DNA of 64,000 bases from NCBI RefSeq assembly GCF_009914755.1, contig NC_060936.1; one strand, written 5' to 3'. The notes beneath the pieces are model-generated. The model made no database searches, was not told the origin of the DNA, and saw nothing but the letters and a program-made list of their open reading frames with translations. Shown piece by piece: positions 27,560 to 40,810 of the stretch; position 1 is the stretch's first letter, and each line of letters begins with the position of its first letter. The stretch comes from the human T2T-CHM13v2.0 reference genome, Homo sapiens. Both the position numbers and the translations under genes were made by a program.

Positions 27560-28540
27560 GTAGTGGCTGTTCCGTACTGATTTGGAGCCCAGCCTCTGCC
27601 CTTTTCTCTTTAGTCTGCACACTCTCCTCGTTCAGCCGTCTCCTGCAAGATGAACTCTGCTCTGGGCCCCACCTCTGTAGGTCTGATCCCCAATATCTCC
27701 ACTTCAGCAAGTTCATAACTGATGTCTCTACCTTCCTCCAAAACCCCTCTTCCTCTTCTTGAAGTCCCCTGCTGCAGTGAGAGGCATCACCATCCACACA
27801 GTCACCCAAATTAGAAACCTCAGGGAGGGGGCATTGCACATCTCTGCACTGCCTCTTCCCTCAACCCCTACGTACAACCAGAAAACAAAGCACATGCTTT
27901 CTCCTCTCAAATCCACCTACATCTCACCAATCCCACTATCTCTACTTTGGCTCCCGCCTCCATGATCTCTGCATGGGTCACTCCCCTGCCCTTAACCCTA
28001 TCACTCATTCTCCAGCCAGTGCCAGATTGCAGGGCGTATCTCACCAGGTCATTCCCATTCTCCTCAGAATGGAATCCAAGCATCCAGGCATAGCCACAAA
28101 GTTCCTGGTCATCTTGCTCCTGCCGGGCCCTCCAGCCCTGCTACTTCAACACCCTCACTCCAGCCAAATCAAATGTTTGCATAGCAGAGCTGTCCATACT
28201 TCCCATCTTCTTAGTTCACTCTCCACCTGCAATGCCTGACCCCCTCCACATTCCCTACTCCCTACCCCCAGCACCTAACCTTCTTCACCTGGACAACTCT
28301 TCATCCTTCGAGATTCAGCTTGAAGATTCTTACTTTGGGAAGTCCATCCATAGCCAGCTGTGCTTGCCTCCGGAATGCCATGCCATGTCCTAATTGTATT
28401 GGAATCATCTGTCCATTTGCCCTGCATTGTACCAGTACATCCTTGAGGTCTGTTTCTGAGACTTTTTCCTCAAGTCTCCAGCACCCAACACTTACATAAA
28501 CATGTTTGTGAATGCTTGAGTTAATGTTGGATTGAATGAT
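27560..28540 (+). mobile_element. L2 LINE, degraded 3' region
   Basis: Pyrimidine-rich L2-like blocks (ccacctgcaatgcc, catccttcgagattcagct) ending in tgttggattgaatga. Confidence 0.6.
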
Positions 28541-29096
28541 CACTGTCAGGTGGGACAGGTCCCTCTGGGTCTCCACATGTTCTATGCCAGGATGCAGGAC
28601 AAATGTTACATGGCATGGATCGCAGGATAGGCTTTTTTTGGGAAAATTTGCCAAGGCCAAAGGTCAACAAGAGAAGTCACATCCCCCAACCCTTCCATCT
28701 CAAAAAGAGATATGCCAGGTCCAGGATGCTGCTGGCCCTGCAGTAAACCTGTACCCAAGTGGAGGGCCCTCACCACACCCCGCGACCCATGGCTCTCTCT
28801 TTTTATAGGGCAATTAAGCAAGAGAAAGCAGCCTGTCAATGAGGAAATAAGCAGACTGCTTGGTACCAGGCAGTCTGGACTAGGGGTGCCAGCTGCTTAT
28901 AGGAGTTGTCTGGGAATGCCAGTTTCCCAGCATATAGGGCCCTCAGAGCCTTCAGGATATTGCTGCTCTCTCTGCCAGAGGGAGGAGTGGTTCTGTGCTT
29001 GAGTGCTACCTCTTCTGGAGGGCTCATTATCTAGACAACCCAGAGGGAGATACAGGGTCACTTTTTGACAATGCAACTAGTTGTGCCACACTGATC

Positions 29097-30005
29097 ATGA
29101 ATGACTAAGGGGACAGATGGGTGGATGGATGGGTGGGTAAGTGGGTGGATGGTGGGTGAGTGGATGAGTAGATGGATGATCAGATAGAAGAATGAGTGAG
29201 TGGGTGAACGAATGAATGGGTAGATGGATAGATGGATGGATAAATGTATAGGTAGGTAGGTGGATGGATGGATGGATGGATATATGTAGGTGGGTGGGTG
29301 GATGGATGGATGGATGGATGGATGGATGGATGGGTAGGTGGGTGGATAGATGGATAGCTGAATAAATGGATAGGTGGGTGGATGGATGGATGGGTGAGTG
29401 GGTGGATGTATAGATGGGTGGTTGGATGGTGGGTGGGTATATATATGTATGTATGTGTGTGGGTGGGTGGATGGATGGATGGATGGATGGGTGGATGGAT
29501 AGGTGGGTGGGTGGATGGATGAGTGGGTGGTTGGATGGATAGAAGAATGGGTGAGTGGGTGGGTGGGTGGGTGGACTGACGGATGGGTGCGTCAGTGGGT
29601 GGATGGATGGATGGATGGACAGGTAGGTGAATGGGTAGATGAATGGATGAGTGGGTGGTGCATAGGTGGGTGAATGGATGGATGGATGAATGGGTGGGTG
29701 GCTGGCTGGATAGGTGGTGAGTGGGTGGGTAGGTGGATAGATGAATGGATGGGTGATGGGTAGAAAGATAGATGAATGGATGGGTGAATGGGTGGATAGA
29801 TGGATTGATGGGTGGATGGACAGGTGGGTGAATGGATGGATGAATGGATGAGTAGTGAGTGGGTGGGTGGGTGAATGGATGAATGGATGGGTGAGTGCAT
29901 GAAAAGATGGATGAATAGATGGGTGAATGGGTACATGGATGGATGAATGGATGAATTGGTGGGTGGGTGGATGGATGGATGGGTGGGCAGGTGATGGTGA
30001 ATGGA
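29097..30005 (+). repeat. Complex (GGAT/GGGT/GAAT/AGAT)n tetranucleotide repeat, about 0.9 kb
   Basis: Continuous 4-nt periodicity. It is the source of the 307/308-aa HPSI-rich artefactual ORFs. Confidence 0.97.
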
Positions 30006-30524
30006 AGTGTGAAAGCAACTAGCACATATGAAAGCACCTGACACCTAATGGATACCCAACTTGTGTGTTTCCCTTTCCTGTGCTTTCTTTCCCATCTCAG
30101 CTTCACCTTTCTGGGAATATAGAAAGAGGTGACCCTGTCATCTAGTGGCAGACATGAAAGCTCTGAACCATCATGGGTTGGGGATAAGGAGATGGGCTAA
30201 GGGGCTGTGTGACAGCTCCACTATTCCCACTCCCACAAACATCCTCAGGTTCCCCTGTGCTGTGTTGTCTCATGTTTTCTTCTTCAACATTGCCCTGATG
30301 TACATTTTAACCCAACATCACCTGACTTTAAAAGATTGGAGCTTCCCACGTCCTGTGATTTGTTTGTGGTTCACAACCCCAAGGCAGCTGCCTCCCTAAA
30401 CCAATTTTATGGCACAAAAATGGGCAGGAAGGGAAGGACGAATCTGCCTCTGAGATGCTGATGAAATCTGACCCCTGCACTCCTTTCCCACGCCGCGGCG
30501 TGATCTGGGCCTTCATCCACACGT

Positions 30525-30655
30525 GAGCTGGTGGTTCTTCCGGGTACCTCAGAAACACCTGGAAATTGTCTACGATGCACATTTCCAAGCTTCATAGCCA
30601 GATGATCTGTTTCAGTAGGTCTGGGTAGGGCCCAGAATTCTACAGTTTTTAATTT
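30525..30655. mobile_element. MER5-like DNA transposon fragment
   Basis: tcagaaacacctgga..tcagtaggtctgggtagggcccagaattctacagtttttaa. Confidence 0.65.
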
Positions 30656-32074
30656 TGCATCCTCAAACTGCTTCACAGTGAGGCTGGCACTCCCTACATG
30701 CCCAGGGGATTGTGATGGAATGAATGGGAGCCCAGGGTACTGATATGGCCTGATGGCTCCCTGCAGAGCTTCCCATCTGGCCCTGCTCCCGATGGCCCTG
30801 CCTTGGAGGAACCTTCCAGCTGGCTAGGCAGGAGGAGGTGGGCCTTTGTGGGCAACATCCCTCCTCCAGAATGTGGGTGAGCCTGGAACACCCCCTCACC
30901 ACTGCTCCCACATGCACACACCAGAGCTCCCTCTGACTCGCAGAGGAGGGGAAAATGGGTCTAGGGGTTCTGAGCCGAGTGCCCACTTGGGGCTGTGGAC
31001 AGGCCCGCCGCACTCTGGAGGGCCTATGCCCGAATGCAATGTGGATGGGTGTTTCGTGGCTCCAGTGAGGGATGGCTGAGGCTTCTGCAGAGGCGAGCAG
31101 TGGAGCATGAAGGCATCCAGGCAGCCTTTGCCTGGTGGGGGCCATTAAGGCTCTGCACTTGGGATGGGGGTGTGGGAGAAAGCAATTAGTGGCGAGGGAC
31201 GTGCATGAATCAGCACAGAGTCGGCTGGCTCTAATTGAGCCAACAAGTTTGTCCTGTTCGCTCTGGGCTCCCAGGGATGGGAGCTGCATCCTTAAATGCA
31301 AAGCCCTTCTTCAAGGTGGCAGGGGAGGAAGAAGATTGTCTTCTGCCCCTTGAGGAAAGAGAGGGGCTCTTTCCATTCTCCACTCCCACCCAGTGCCTGC
31401 CTCCATCCGCAAAGTGCTGATTTTCTCTGCTGAAATGTTCGACGTCTTTGGACAGAAGGTTTTATTTTCTCAAGAAAGAGATTTCACATTTCTGGATCGG
31501 TGTATGTGAGCAGGTTGCCTCTGTCTGGGCTGCTCTTAAGGGATCTTCACCGTCTCCATTTCTTTGTGGCTGCATTTTTGCTCTGTCTTTTGGAGGAACT
31601 CGGCTAGTACCCTCCCCAAGACCAAGTCTGCTGTCTTCAGGGCTTGTTCCTGCAGAATCGGAGCGCGGTTTTCCAGGAGCTGTGCTTTATCCCCTTCTCT
31701 TTTGGCCCTGACATTGTTTCCCTTTAGATGGAGACACTATGAATTCTCTTCTGGGAGAGCACAATAAAATGTCAACTGATTAACTAAATAAAATGTTTCA
31801 AAAAATATGAAATTTTTCCACTAGTCTAATATTTACATGTTCATGGGGGAACTTTGATGCAGAAAAAAAAAAATCCTGTAATCCCCAGTAGCTTGGTGCT
31901 GTCGCGGTAGAGCAGGTCGTGGAGTTGCTAATTTGGCCTGGGTGTCCCCACTTGGTTCCACCACAGAGGGGGCAGCATTATCTTCCACCTACTTGTGAGA
32001 TCTACTGGTTCCAAACTTTCCAAATCCCCAAACCAATGACTTATTTTTCTCTCTTTTCTATTTCTGTTTCCTAG

Positions 32075-32215
<141 letters not shown>

Positions 32216-32254
32216 TAAGTATCACTGTCTGTTTCTTTCCCTTTATCTTACCAG

Positions 32255-32600
32255 TGTTGCGGGACTTTTCCTTAAGTCAGCTGAAGACAGGGTCGTTGTC
32301 AGACGGCCACAAAGATTTAGGCTCGCAGATGATCTAGAGTGAGAAAAATGAGATTTATTTTGCTAAAAGGAACAGAAAGGGAAAGAGAGACTCAGCAAAG
32401 TGAGAGAGTGCGCTTCCTGCCCATGGGCTTCCCGCCTCGCAGGTTGAATCCAAGGTTCTACCCAGGAAAAGGAGGGGTCAGGCTTCTCCCTGCTGCAGTT
32501 GGTGGCGTGAACTTCCGTGGTTCCACCCTAGTGTGCACTCCTCCCAGTGCGCAGGCTGGCTGGAGTTTCTCTGGGGACCCCTCCCCACCTGGCTGTCTCA
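32255..32600 (-). mobile_element. ERV1 solo LTR, MER61-like, 346 bp, intact TG...CA ends, 4-bp TSD
   Basis: The minus strand starts TGAGACAGCCAGGTGGGGAGGGGTCCCCAGAGAAACTCCAGCCAGCCTGCGCACTGGG and ends ...AAAAGTCCCGCAACA. CCAG flanks both sides (32251-32254, 32601-32604). AATAAA lies on the minus strand at 32354-32359. Confidence 0.88.
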
Positions 32601-33371
32601 CCAGTACATCCCTCTTCTTCCTTCTGTGTTATCTCTTTTCAATTTGGTCCTAACTATGCTGGGCTTCAGGCAAGAAGAAAGGATCTGTGAAAATCACTTT
32701 GAATTCAGACTTCCCCAGAGGGACAGGGGCTATGACCCAAGAGCACCCCTCTCCACCACTCCCACACAGCATGCACACACGGTTGGACCTGAGTGCTCCT
32801 GATGGAACCCAGGCTGCTCTGTGCCGCTGTAGGATATCCCCCTGCTTAAGGACTTTCGTTTCATCTCAGACCACATCTGGCCCCGCAGTTCCTCTGATAG
32901 TTTCCCTGCTGTATCACTGAGCACATTTGGGGCAGCTCGTCCGTGAGCATGCAGTCTGCAGGTGTGGGGTGAGGGTGGGGCGCACACAGGCTGTGCCTGT
33001 GCTCTGGACTTGTACAGAGGCCTCTTCCCCATTCTCACTCTACAGGGGGCCTGGTTCTGTGGCCCCAGAAAACCAGACTGCTCAAGACAGGTGGATGAGA
33101 AGGAAACAGGGAACTATGAAAGGCGAAGATGACAGGTAACCAAACCCCAATCAAATGCAGCTTCCCCCAGACACCCTGCTCCACTGTAGCATAAGATAAG
33201 GTAGAGTCAGTCTAGGCTTTCAAAACAGCAATGCAAAGAATCTTAAATAAAATGTAGAAGAGATCTCCTTATAAATAAGTTATTAACCTCACAAAAAGAA
33301 TCTCCATAAAATATTTGTACCTAACAGGCCTACCTACACTGGTGAAGTGTAAGTTATTAAAATGCAGGTGA

Positions 33372-33696
<325 letters not shown>

Positions 33697-36600
33697 TCAA
33701 CACATCTGTCTTGTAATAGGAGGGAGCCCATTGCAGCAGATTTTACCTTGAGAAGAAGCCGGTTCCTTTGGGCTAATCCCTTGTTACTCTGAGCCCAGTG
33801 AGTGCTCAAGTGGCTGCCACCTTGGACTCTCCCTCTCTTGAAGTCCTGGCAGTCTGCAGAGTCAAGGTCAGAATGTCAGGAGCTCTTTATCCCAGAGGCC
33901 TATTTTTGGAGGATCCTTTTGTGCCATCCCGGAGGAGACACAGCCATTGTGGACGTCTCCAGAGCACCCGCCGTTCACCATCTTGTGAGAGTGCCTGGTC
34001 TTTACTGCAGGAAATGACGCAGGAGGACGTCGAGATCATTTGCAAGTTATTTCCTTGTCTCTGGCCATCTGGATGGCTCATAAGGTTGCTTGGAACCACG
34101 TTAGGGTTTTTGTTGTTGTTGTTGTTGCCTTATTTTGCCTGGCCAATGAATGACGCACTTTGGCCACATGAACCTCAGGAATATTTGGGTGATACGAGGT
34201 GCACTAAGGTTATTAGCATCATTAGCCAGGTCTAGCTCTGGCTCATAGCACTCGGGGTGTGCATGCAGCTATAGGAGAGATTTTGCTGCTTCTGCTCATG
34301 CCAGAATAAACAAAGAGTGGCTAAACGCATGCCTTGAATGACTCAGTAAACCATAGCAAAAGTCCTTAAGGTGGGTTGTTCCAAATGCCCCTAAATCCTT
34401 TTTAGAATTTGGCATCTTTCTCAAGGCCTCAGTCTCCTGGGAGTCTTTTGCACATGCATAGAAAAGAGCCTTGGGAATGATGAGAGCAGATGCTTCTGGG
34501 ACCAGTGGAGGGATGAGGGTGACTTGCAGGGACGAATTTTGTTTAGGCAAAATTTTGGAATTTTGAAGTGAGTTGGAGTTGATTATATGTGCTTTGCCCC
34601 ATATGTGGTCTTAATGAAATCATGAGTCGGGGGAGCAGAGACAAGAAATACAGGGTGAGTAGGCACCGAACAGGAGCCCTGGGAGGGAGGGGCCCTGCCT
34701 GGGTTGACAGGGAGGCAGTGCAGTGGTGCATCTCTGGCCCACACCTGGTGCCTCACCTGCGGTCTGTCTGGACCCGCTTCATCCCTTAGACTCCTCCACA
34801 CAACCACAAGGGGCCAGGCTTTTTCTGGGGTCAGCCCAGATTCCAGTCACATCTCCCTAGGGCCTAGGCCATGAGGCTGGTGAAGAGAGGGAGGCATCCA
34901 GTTGTGTGCTCCTGTTTCTAAGCCACAGAGGTTAAGATGCCAGCAGTTGCCCAGCTCGTGGTTGGTCTTGCACTGGGACATATTTGGCACCTAGTCTCTC
35001 TTCTCCTAAGGGCTCTTCATCCTGTCTAAATCAGCCCATTCTTGTAACAATCCCCCATCGCTGCAGGGTGCAGCTTACCACCTCTCTTCAGCTCATCTCC
35101 TTTTTCTGCTTCCTTTGCAATATTAAATGGGTAGCCCTTTGCTTCCCTGTGTCTCTTGGAAAATATCTGCTATCCTTGGCCCCTCTTCTGTAGCTGTAGG
35201 GGAAGGTTTCTCCTGGCCTCCCACAAAGCTGGGGGAGCCTAACTCACCCTAGAGAAAGGTGGACCTGCCTGCCTACTGCCTGAGTGCCAGGCTGAGAGCC
35301 TCATCTCTGCATTGCTATTCTGGTGGCACAAGACACGTGGCATTTCTTTCCTTCCTAAAGCAGAGGCCTCTTGGTGGTGGGATTGCTGAATAAACACAGA
35401 GGGACTGTGGCGGCCTCAGATCCACGTGCCCCTACCGAGGGACCGTGGAATCCTCAGTGGATCCTCAGGAGGTTCCACGCCAGCCAGTGAGGCTTTGTTG
35501 CATCCCTACCTCCCTAGCAGGGTGGAGGCCCTGCCTTTCCCATTCTCTGGGCCTCACGATCATTCCACAGCCTCACGGTCCTTTTCTTCTAAAAGCTCCA
35601 CTGCCGGACTACAGATCTGCCAGACACAGCTCCCAGAGCAGTCCTTCGGCCAGGCGTCCACACCAGAGCCCAACCCTCAGGGACCAGTGGGCACCAAGCA
35701 GTGGTTTTGCCTTTAGAATGTCTCATTGAGGAGAAATACACCAGCCACTCCTACACCCATGTTTGAATTTTCTACCCTTTCAGAATTAAAAGCGGATACT
35801 TAATAAAGAGTCTCAACTTGAGGCAGGAGTTAAAGGCAAGTTGTCTAATCTCCACTCCCTTCACCGAATAGTATTTTGTGAACCTCTTTTACTCCGATCA
35901 GCATATTACTTTCCTGCAGGAAATACTGGGAACAAAATCTGGTTTGCATTTGGAATGTTGTTTGACAAATTTGCAAACTGGTCTCCATTTCCTCAGGTTT
36001 CAGTGATCTAGGCTTCAGTGGAAAGAACATTTCCCTTGTGGAGAAAGAAGCCCACTCCCCCATCCTGGCAACTTCTGCCTGGGATTCAAGGCCTCACCAG
36101 CTAACATAGGAAGCCATCAAGTTGCCAGGCTGAGAGACACTGCAGATACGGCCTGGACAGGGTTCTCAAACTTCGTTCGGCTGCAGAACCCACTGTTGAG
36201 AGTCTCGCTCAGAGGTCCAAGACACAGACCAGATAGAAGGGAAGCTCCTCTGGACTAGAGGAGCCAGAACGCCAGTCACGCAGCCAGTCTGTGCCTGGGG
36301 GCCTCCATGGAGCGTTTCTAGACCAATCCCCTCATCGCTCAGCCCTGCCTGGCCCTGAACTTCTGCTAATGCATCTGGCTAATCCCCCAGCTGCAGCTTC
36401 CCATTTCTAGATCCAGATACCTGGGGCATAAGTCACTTAAGAGCTCAAGCCTATTGCTCCTGAATGAAAGCTGCCCTGGTTCATAGTTTAGATCTGATAT
36501 GGAGACCCACTCCTAATACCTGGGCTCCCTCCTTGATCCCACGCCCCTCTGTTGAAGAAACACGACCCAGCGTGTAGTGCACTCTGTGGCAATGAATCTG

Positions 36601-36825
36601 TAGCATCCTCTCTGGGTATAAAGGACAGAAATCACCCTGCACGCCCTTTTCCCTATTTTTCTTGGTTGCCACGAAAAGCCCAAAATTATTGAGTCATCCC
36701 TCATCACCCGGACTCCTGTTCCCATGGGGCTTTGTGCATCCTCTGATCTAATCCCTCCTTTCTCACCACCCCGCTGCAGAAACCTTCCCACTGTGCCCTC
36801 CCATCCCCATAGTCCCTCGCCTGTT

Positions 36826-36990
36826 CAGGGTCAGCCAACTTTTCTGTAAGGGCCGGATGCTGGTTTTCATCTTTGCAAGCCATGCAGTCTCTGTTCCAGC
36901 TACTCCACCCTGCCCAGCAGCAGGACAAGAGTGGCATCTCCATGAGTGGGTGTAACTGAATTCCAACAAAACTTTGCAAAACAGGTGGCC
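36826..36990. mobile_element. MER58-like hAT-Charlie element
   Basis: cagggtcagccaactttt..ctgtaagggcc..ccatgcagtctctgttccagctactc..ttccaacaaaacttt..aaaacaggtgg. Confidence 0.75.
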
Positions 36991-38035
36991 CAGTTCTCAG
37001 CTTCCTTTCTGGTCACTTCCTGATTCTCCCTGAGGGTGCAGCTTTCTCTGCTGTCTCTCAGCAGGCAGCCACTTCCTCTCCCAGAAGCCTCCTTCCACTG
37101 CACCAGGTTGCCAGGTCTAAGGGGGCCCTGCCAGCTCCTGATTTCTGCTCCACTGCACCCCCACCTCCCTGGAGCCCTCCAGTTTTGACATTTGTGTCAT
37201 CAGATCCTCTATGCCTTACTTCTCTTTACTGCAGCCTTCTGCAGACCTTTGAGTCACCCCTCCTTGTGCCTTGAGGACACGGGCTCTTGGTTCGCTCTAC
37301 TTCACTCCGACACTCACTTCTCCACCTTCCTGCAGTAGCTTCTTGGTTCTTGGATATCTGGCTTCTGGGGAACCTATCTCAGTAGTCCCAATCCCATGGC
37401 TATAGCCAGTATCCCTGTCACCACTGATTAACACCTCCCCCATAATCCCAAATCTAACATCCTACCCTCTAACCAGCACCACCGTCTTTCCGGTCCCCTC
37501 CCTCTCTCACCCTGACTCCCACGATCCCTTCGTCCCACCGCACTCTTCATCCCTGCCACCATGTCCACCCTCCTTCCAGCCAGCTCAGATGCCATGTGCC
37601 ACTGCTGCCCTCACTCACTTGCATTTATGCTCAGCATTCTTAGTCTTCTGTCTGTTTATCTTGCACACCTGGAAAAACACCAACCCTAATCAAGTCCAAC
37701 CAGAGATCTGCTTGGTACCTGGAAAGGGTCAAGAAATCTGCAAAGTTGAGCAGACTCTCACTTTACACTCATGACCTCCAACCTCAAGGAGGCCCTCGGT
37801 GACACCTGAGGGCCCTCCTGCTTTGTCCGCACTCCATTCACCCTTCTGCTTTCTGAGCTAATTCTTTCAGCACCCGTGCCTCTCTCGTCACACTTCCCGT
37901 CTCCTTCCCCTTTCACGTTTTCAGCTGATGGCCTCGTTCCCCAGTTCCCTTAGAAAGATGCAATCAGAAGAAACTTTCATGTATTCCCACAACCACGCGT
38001 CTATGCTGACAATGCGCCTTCTCACTGAACCACGA

Positions 38036-38190
38036 CCCACGGTGCTGCCCCTGCACAGGTGGACGCCCTTCGCATGCACCCATCCCCTTCTTGCCAGTGA
38101 AGGAGCTCCGTCCCACACGGCCCTGCCCCTGCACGGGTGGCACCCTTTCTGTGCACCCATCCCCTTCTTGCCAGTGAAGGAGCTCCGTCC
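38036..38190 (+). repeat. Two-copy tandem duplication, 77-78-bp period
   Basis: The 39-mer tgcacccatccccttcttgccagtgaaggagctccgtcc is identical at 38075-38113 and 38152-38190. ctgcccctgcac occurs at 38045 and 38123. Confidence 0.95.
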
Positions 38191-38381
38191 TTCCAGCAAT
38201 GGTTCCCTCTCGCTTCTATGTCATCACATTTTCTGCCTCTGTTAGATGATTCCCATCACATAGAAAACTGCTGTCATATCTCCCATTCAGAAACAAAACC
38301 CTCTTGACTCCACGCCCACTTCTAGTAACCCCCTTTTTTTCTCTGCTCATTTAGAGCAAAATTTCCCAAAAGACTTGTCTA

Positions 38382-38697
38382 TACGGTAGCCACACGTGGC
38401 CATTCAGCACTTGAAATGTGGCTAATCTGCATTGCAATAATAATAATTATAAGTATAAAACATACAGCATATTTCAAAGATTTAGTACAAAACAAGGAAT
38501 GACAAATGTCTCATGAATGATTTTTTATATTTATTACATGTTGAGATGATAATATTTTGGCTATGTCGGGTGAAATAAAATCTATGATCACTGTTAATTT
38601 CACCTGTTTTTACTTTTTAATGTGGCTCCTAGCAAAGGTAAATTACACATGCAGCCCACACTTGTGGCTTGCATCAGATTTCTGTTGGCCAGGGCTG
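38382..38697. mobile_element. MER33/MER3-like hAT-Charlie element nested in L2
   Basis: ggtagccacacgtggccattcagcacttgaaatgtggcta..AT-rich core..tttctgttggccagggctg. The host L2 resumes at tctat on both sides. Confidence 0.8.
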
Positions 38698-40345
38698 TCT
38701 ATCCTCACGGCCTCCCACTCCTCCCATGCTCTCTTGAACCTATGTCTGCTGGGTGTTTGTCCACATCACTCCACCAACACAGATGCCTTCAAGGTCTGGA
38801 TGGTCTTGGTGTTGCTAAACCCAGCGGTCGGTGTCCAGCCATGTCTCTGCAGCACGTGACACCACCGCCTGTTCACTGACCGCTCTCTTCATGGGGCGCC
38901 GTTCTCTCCATGTCCCTGCTCTGCAAGCCATCCCTCATCAGTCTGTTTTGTTGCTTTCTCCTCTCTTGACCCCTCAATGTGGGAGCACTGCAGGGTTGAG
39001 TGCTTTCACATCCTCACCTTCTGCACTGGCCTCCTAGGTAGTCACATACAATTTGACTTTAAATATGAACTATACAACTGCTGCGCTTTTGTCTCCAGCT
39101 TGGACCTCCCCACTGACCTCCAGACACAGTAGAACCAACTCAAGACATGCATTCGATGTCCAAGCAACAACTCAAACTTCAAGAAGTTCTCAGCAGAACG
39201 CTTAATGTCCATTCCGCCATATCTCATCATTCCTGTTGCTCATGCCCAAACTGTTGGAATCTTCTCTGATTCCCCTCTCTTTCTCACACCTCACATCTAG
39301 TCCATCAGCCAGTCCCACTAACTTTATCTTAAGGTAAATCTGGTATCTAACTTTTCCTCACTACCTCTAACACCACCACTTGTTCTGAGCCACCCAGTGT
39401 CTCGCGCCTGGATGACTGCCGCAGCTGGTCTCCGGCCTCGCCCCCGACAGGGGAGTCTCCCACAACAGCAGAATGATTCTTTTAGACCTGTAGTTAGATC
39501 ATGTCACTCTCCTGCTCAAAGTCCCCCAATGGCTTCTGTCTCAGAGAGGATACCAGCACCCGGTGGGGTTCCCTATTTCCTCTCCGACTTCCTCTCCCAC
39601 AGTTCTCCCCTTTCCCTGCCCTGCTCCAGCCACACTGGTCCCTGCTGTTCCTCTAACGCACACCCTGCCCCTCCCTTGGGCCCCTGGCTTACCTGCTTCC
39701 TCTGCCTGGAACAGTCTCCAGATAGTGAAGTGGGTCCCGCCCTCACTTCCCATAGGCCTCTGCTCAAGTGTCACCTGCAGGGAGTTCTTTGTGCAGATTT
39801 CTCAGGTGGGAAGGAAGGCGGCCCTCACCCTGTCTCTGCAGAGCCCCTCCCCACTCCTCCTCCTCAGCACTCATCACTCTAAGCTGCAGTGTCTGTTTAC
39901 TGATTGCTCAGTTTATTGTCTGTCTCCCTGCTAGAATGCAAGTTCCATGAGGGGAAGGGCTTTGTCCATTTTGCTATAGCCCCAGTGTCTGGAACAGTGC
40001 CCGGCACACCGCAGGTGTTCTTGTTTGTTGGAGGAGTGAATATGCCAGCTCAGACCTAAAGTGGCAGGGCTGAAAGCCCTGTGTCTCAGTTACGTGCACG
40101 TGTGGTTCTACCCCACTTGAGACCTTCTTGTTTAACCACTCAACCATTCATTCATTTGCGCAGCACGCACCTCCTGAGCAGCCACCAAGGCCAGCACAAA
40201 GGAGATTTCCATGGGCCAGGAACAAGTCAAAGAGGGGGGGTATCTAGAAGGAAGGAGGTGGGGAAACAGAGCACATGGTTGCTGGCACACCTGGGAGGGG
40301 CGCTAGGATACCATGGAGAAGCCGGAGGGCTCCTCAAGGAGATAA

Positions 40346-40810
<465 letters not shown>

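Larger units (their letters stand above)
37150..40041 (+). mobile_element. Long L2 LINE relic, interrupted by a MER33-like element and a tandem duplication
   Basis: Multiple L2 blocks and a clear 3' end: ctagaatgcaagttccatgaggg..gtctggaacagtgcccggcaca..tttgttggaggagtgaat. Confidence 0.75.

Noticed and set aside
29095-30106. 307/308-aa His-Pro-Ser-Ile-rich minus-strand ORFs
   Set aside because: Translation of the (CCAT/CCAC)n simple repeat.
31958-31977. CTCF-like AGGGGGCAGC about 100 nt upstream of exon 4
   Set aside because: Only the 3' half matches; the 5' CCASY portion fails.
32255-32600. p53 response element, known in some MER61 subfamilies
   Set aside because: The CWWG cores here (gcccatgggc, atccaaggtt, accctagtgt) do not fit RRRCWWGYYY, and no paired decamers were seen.
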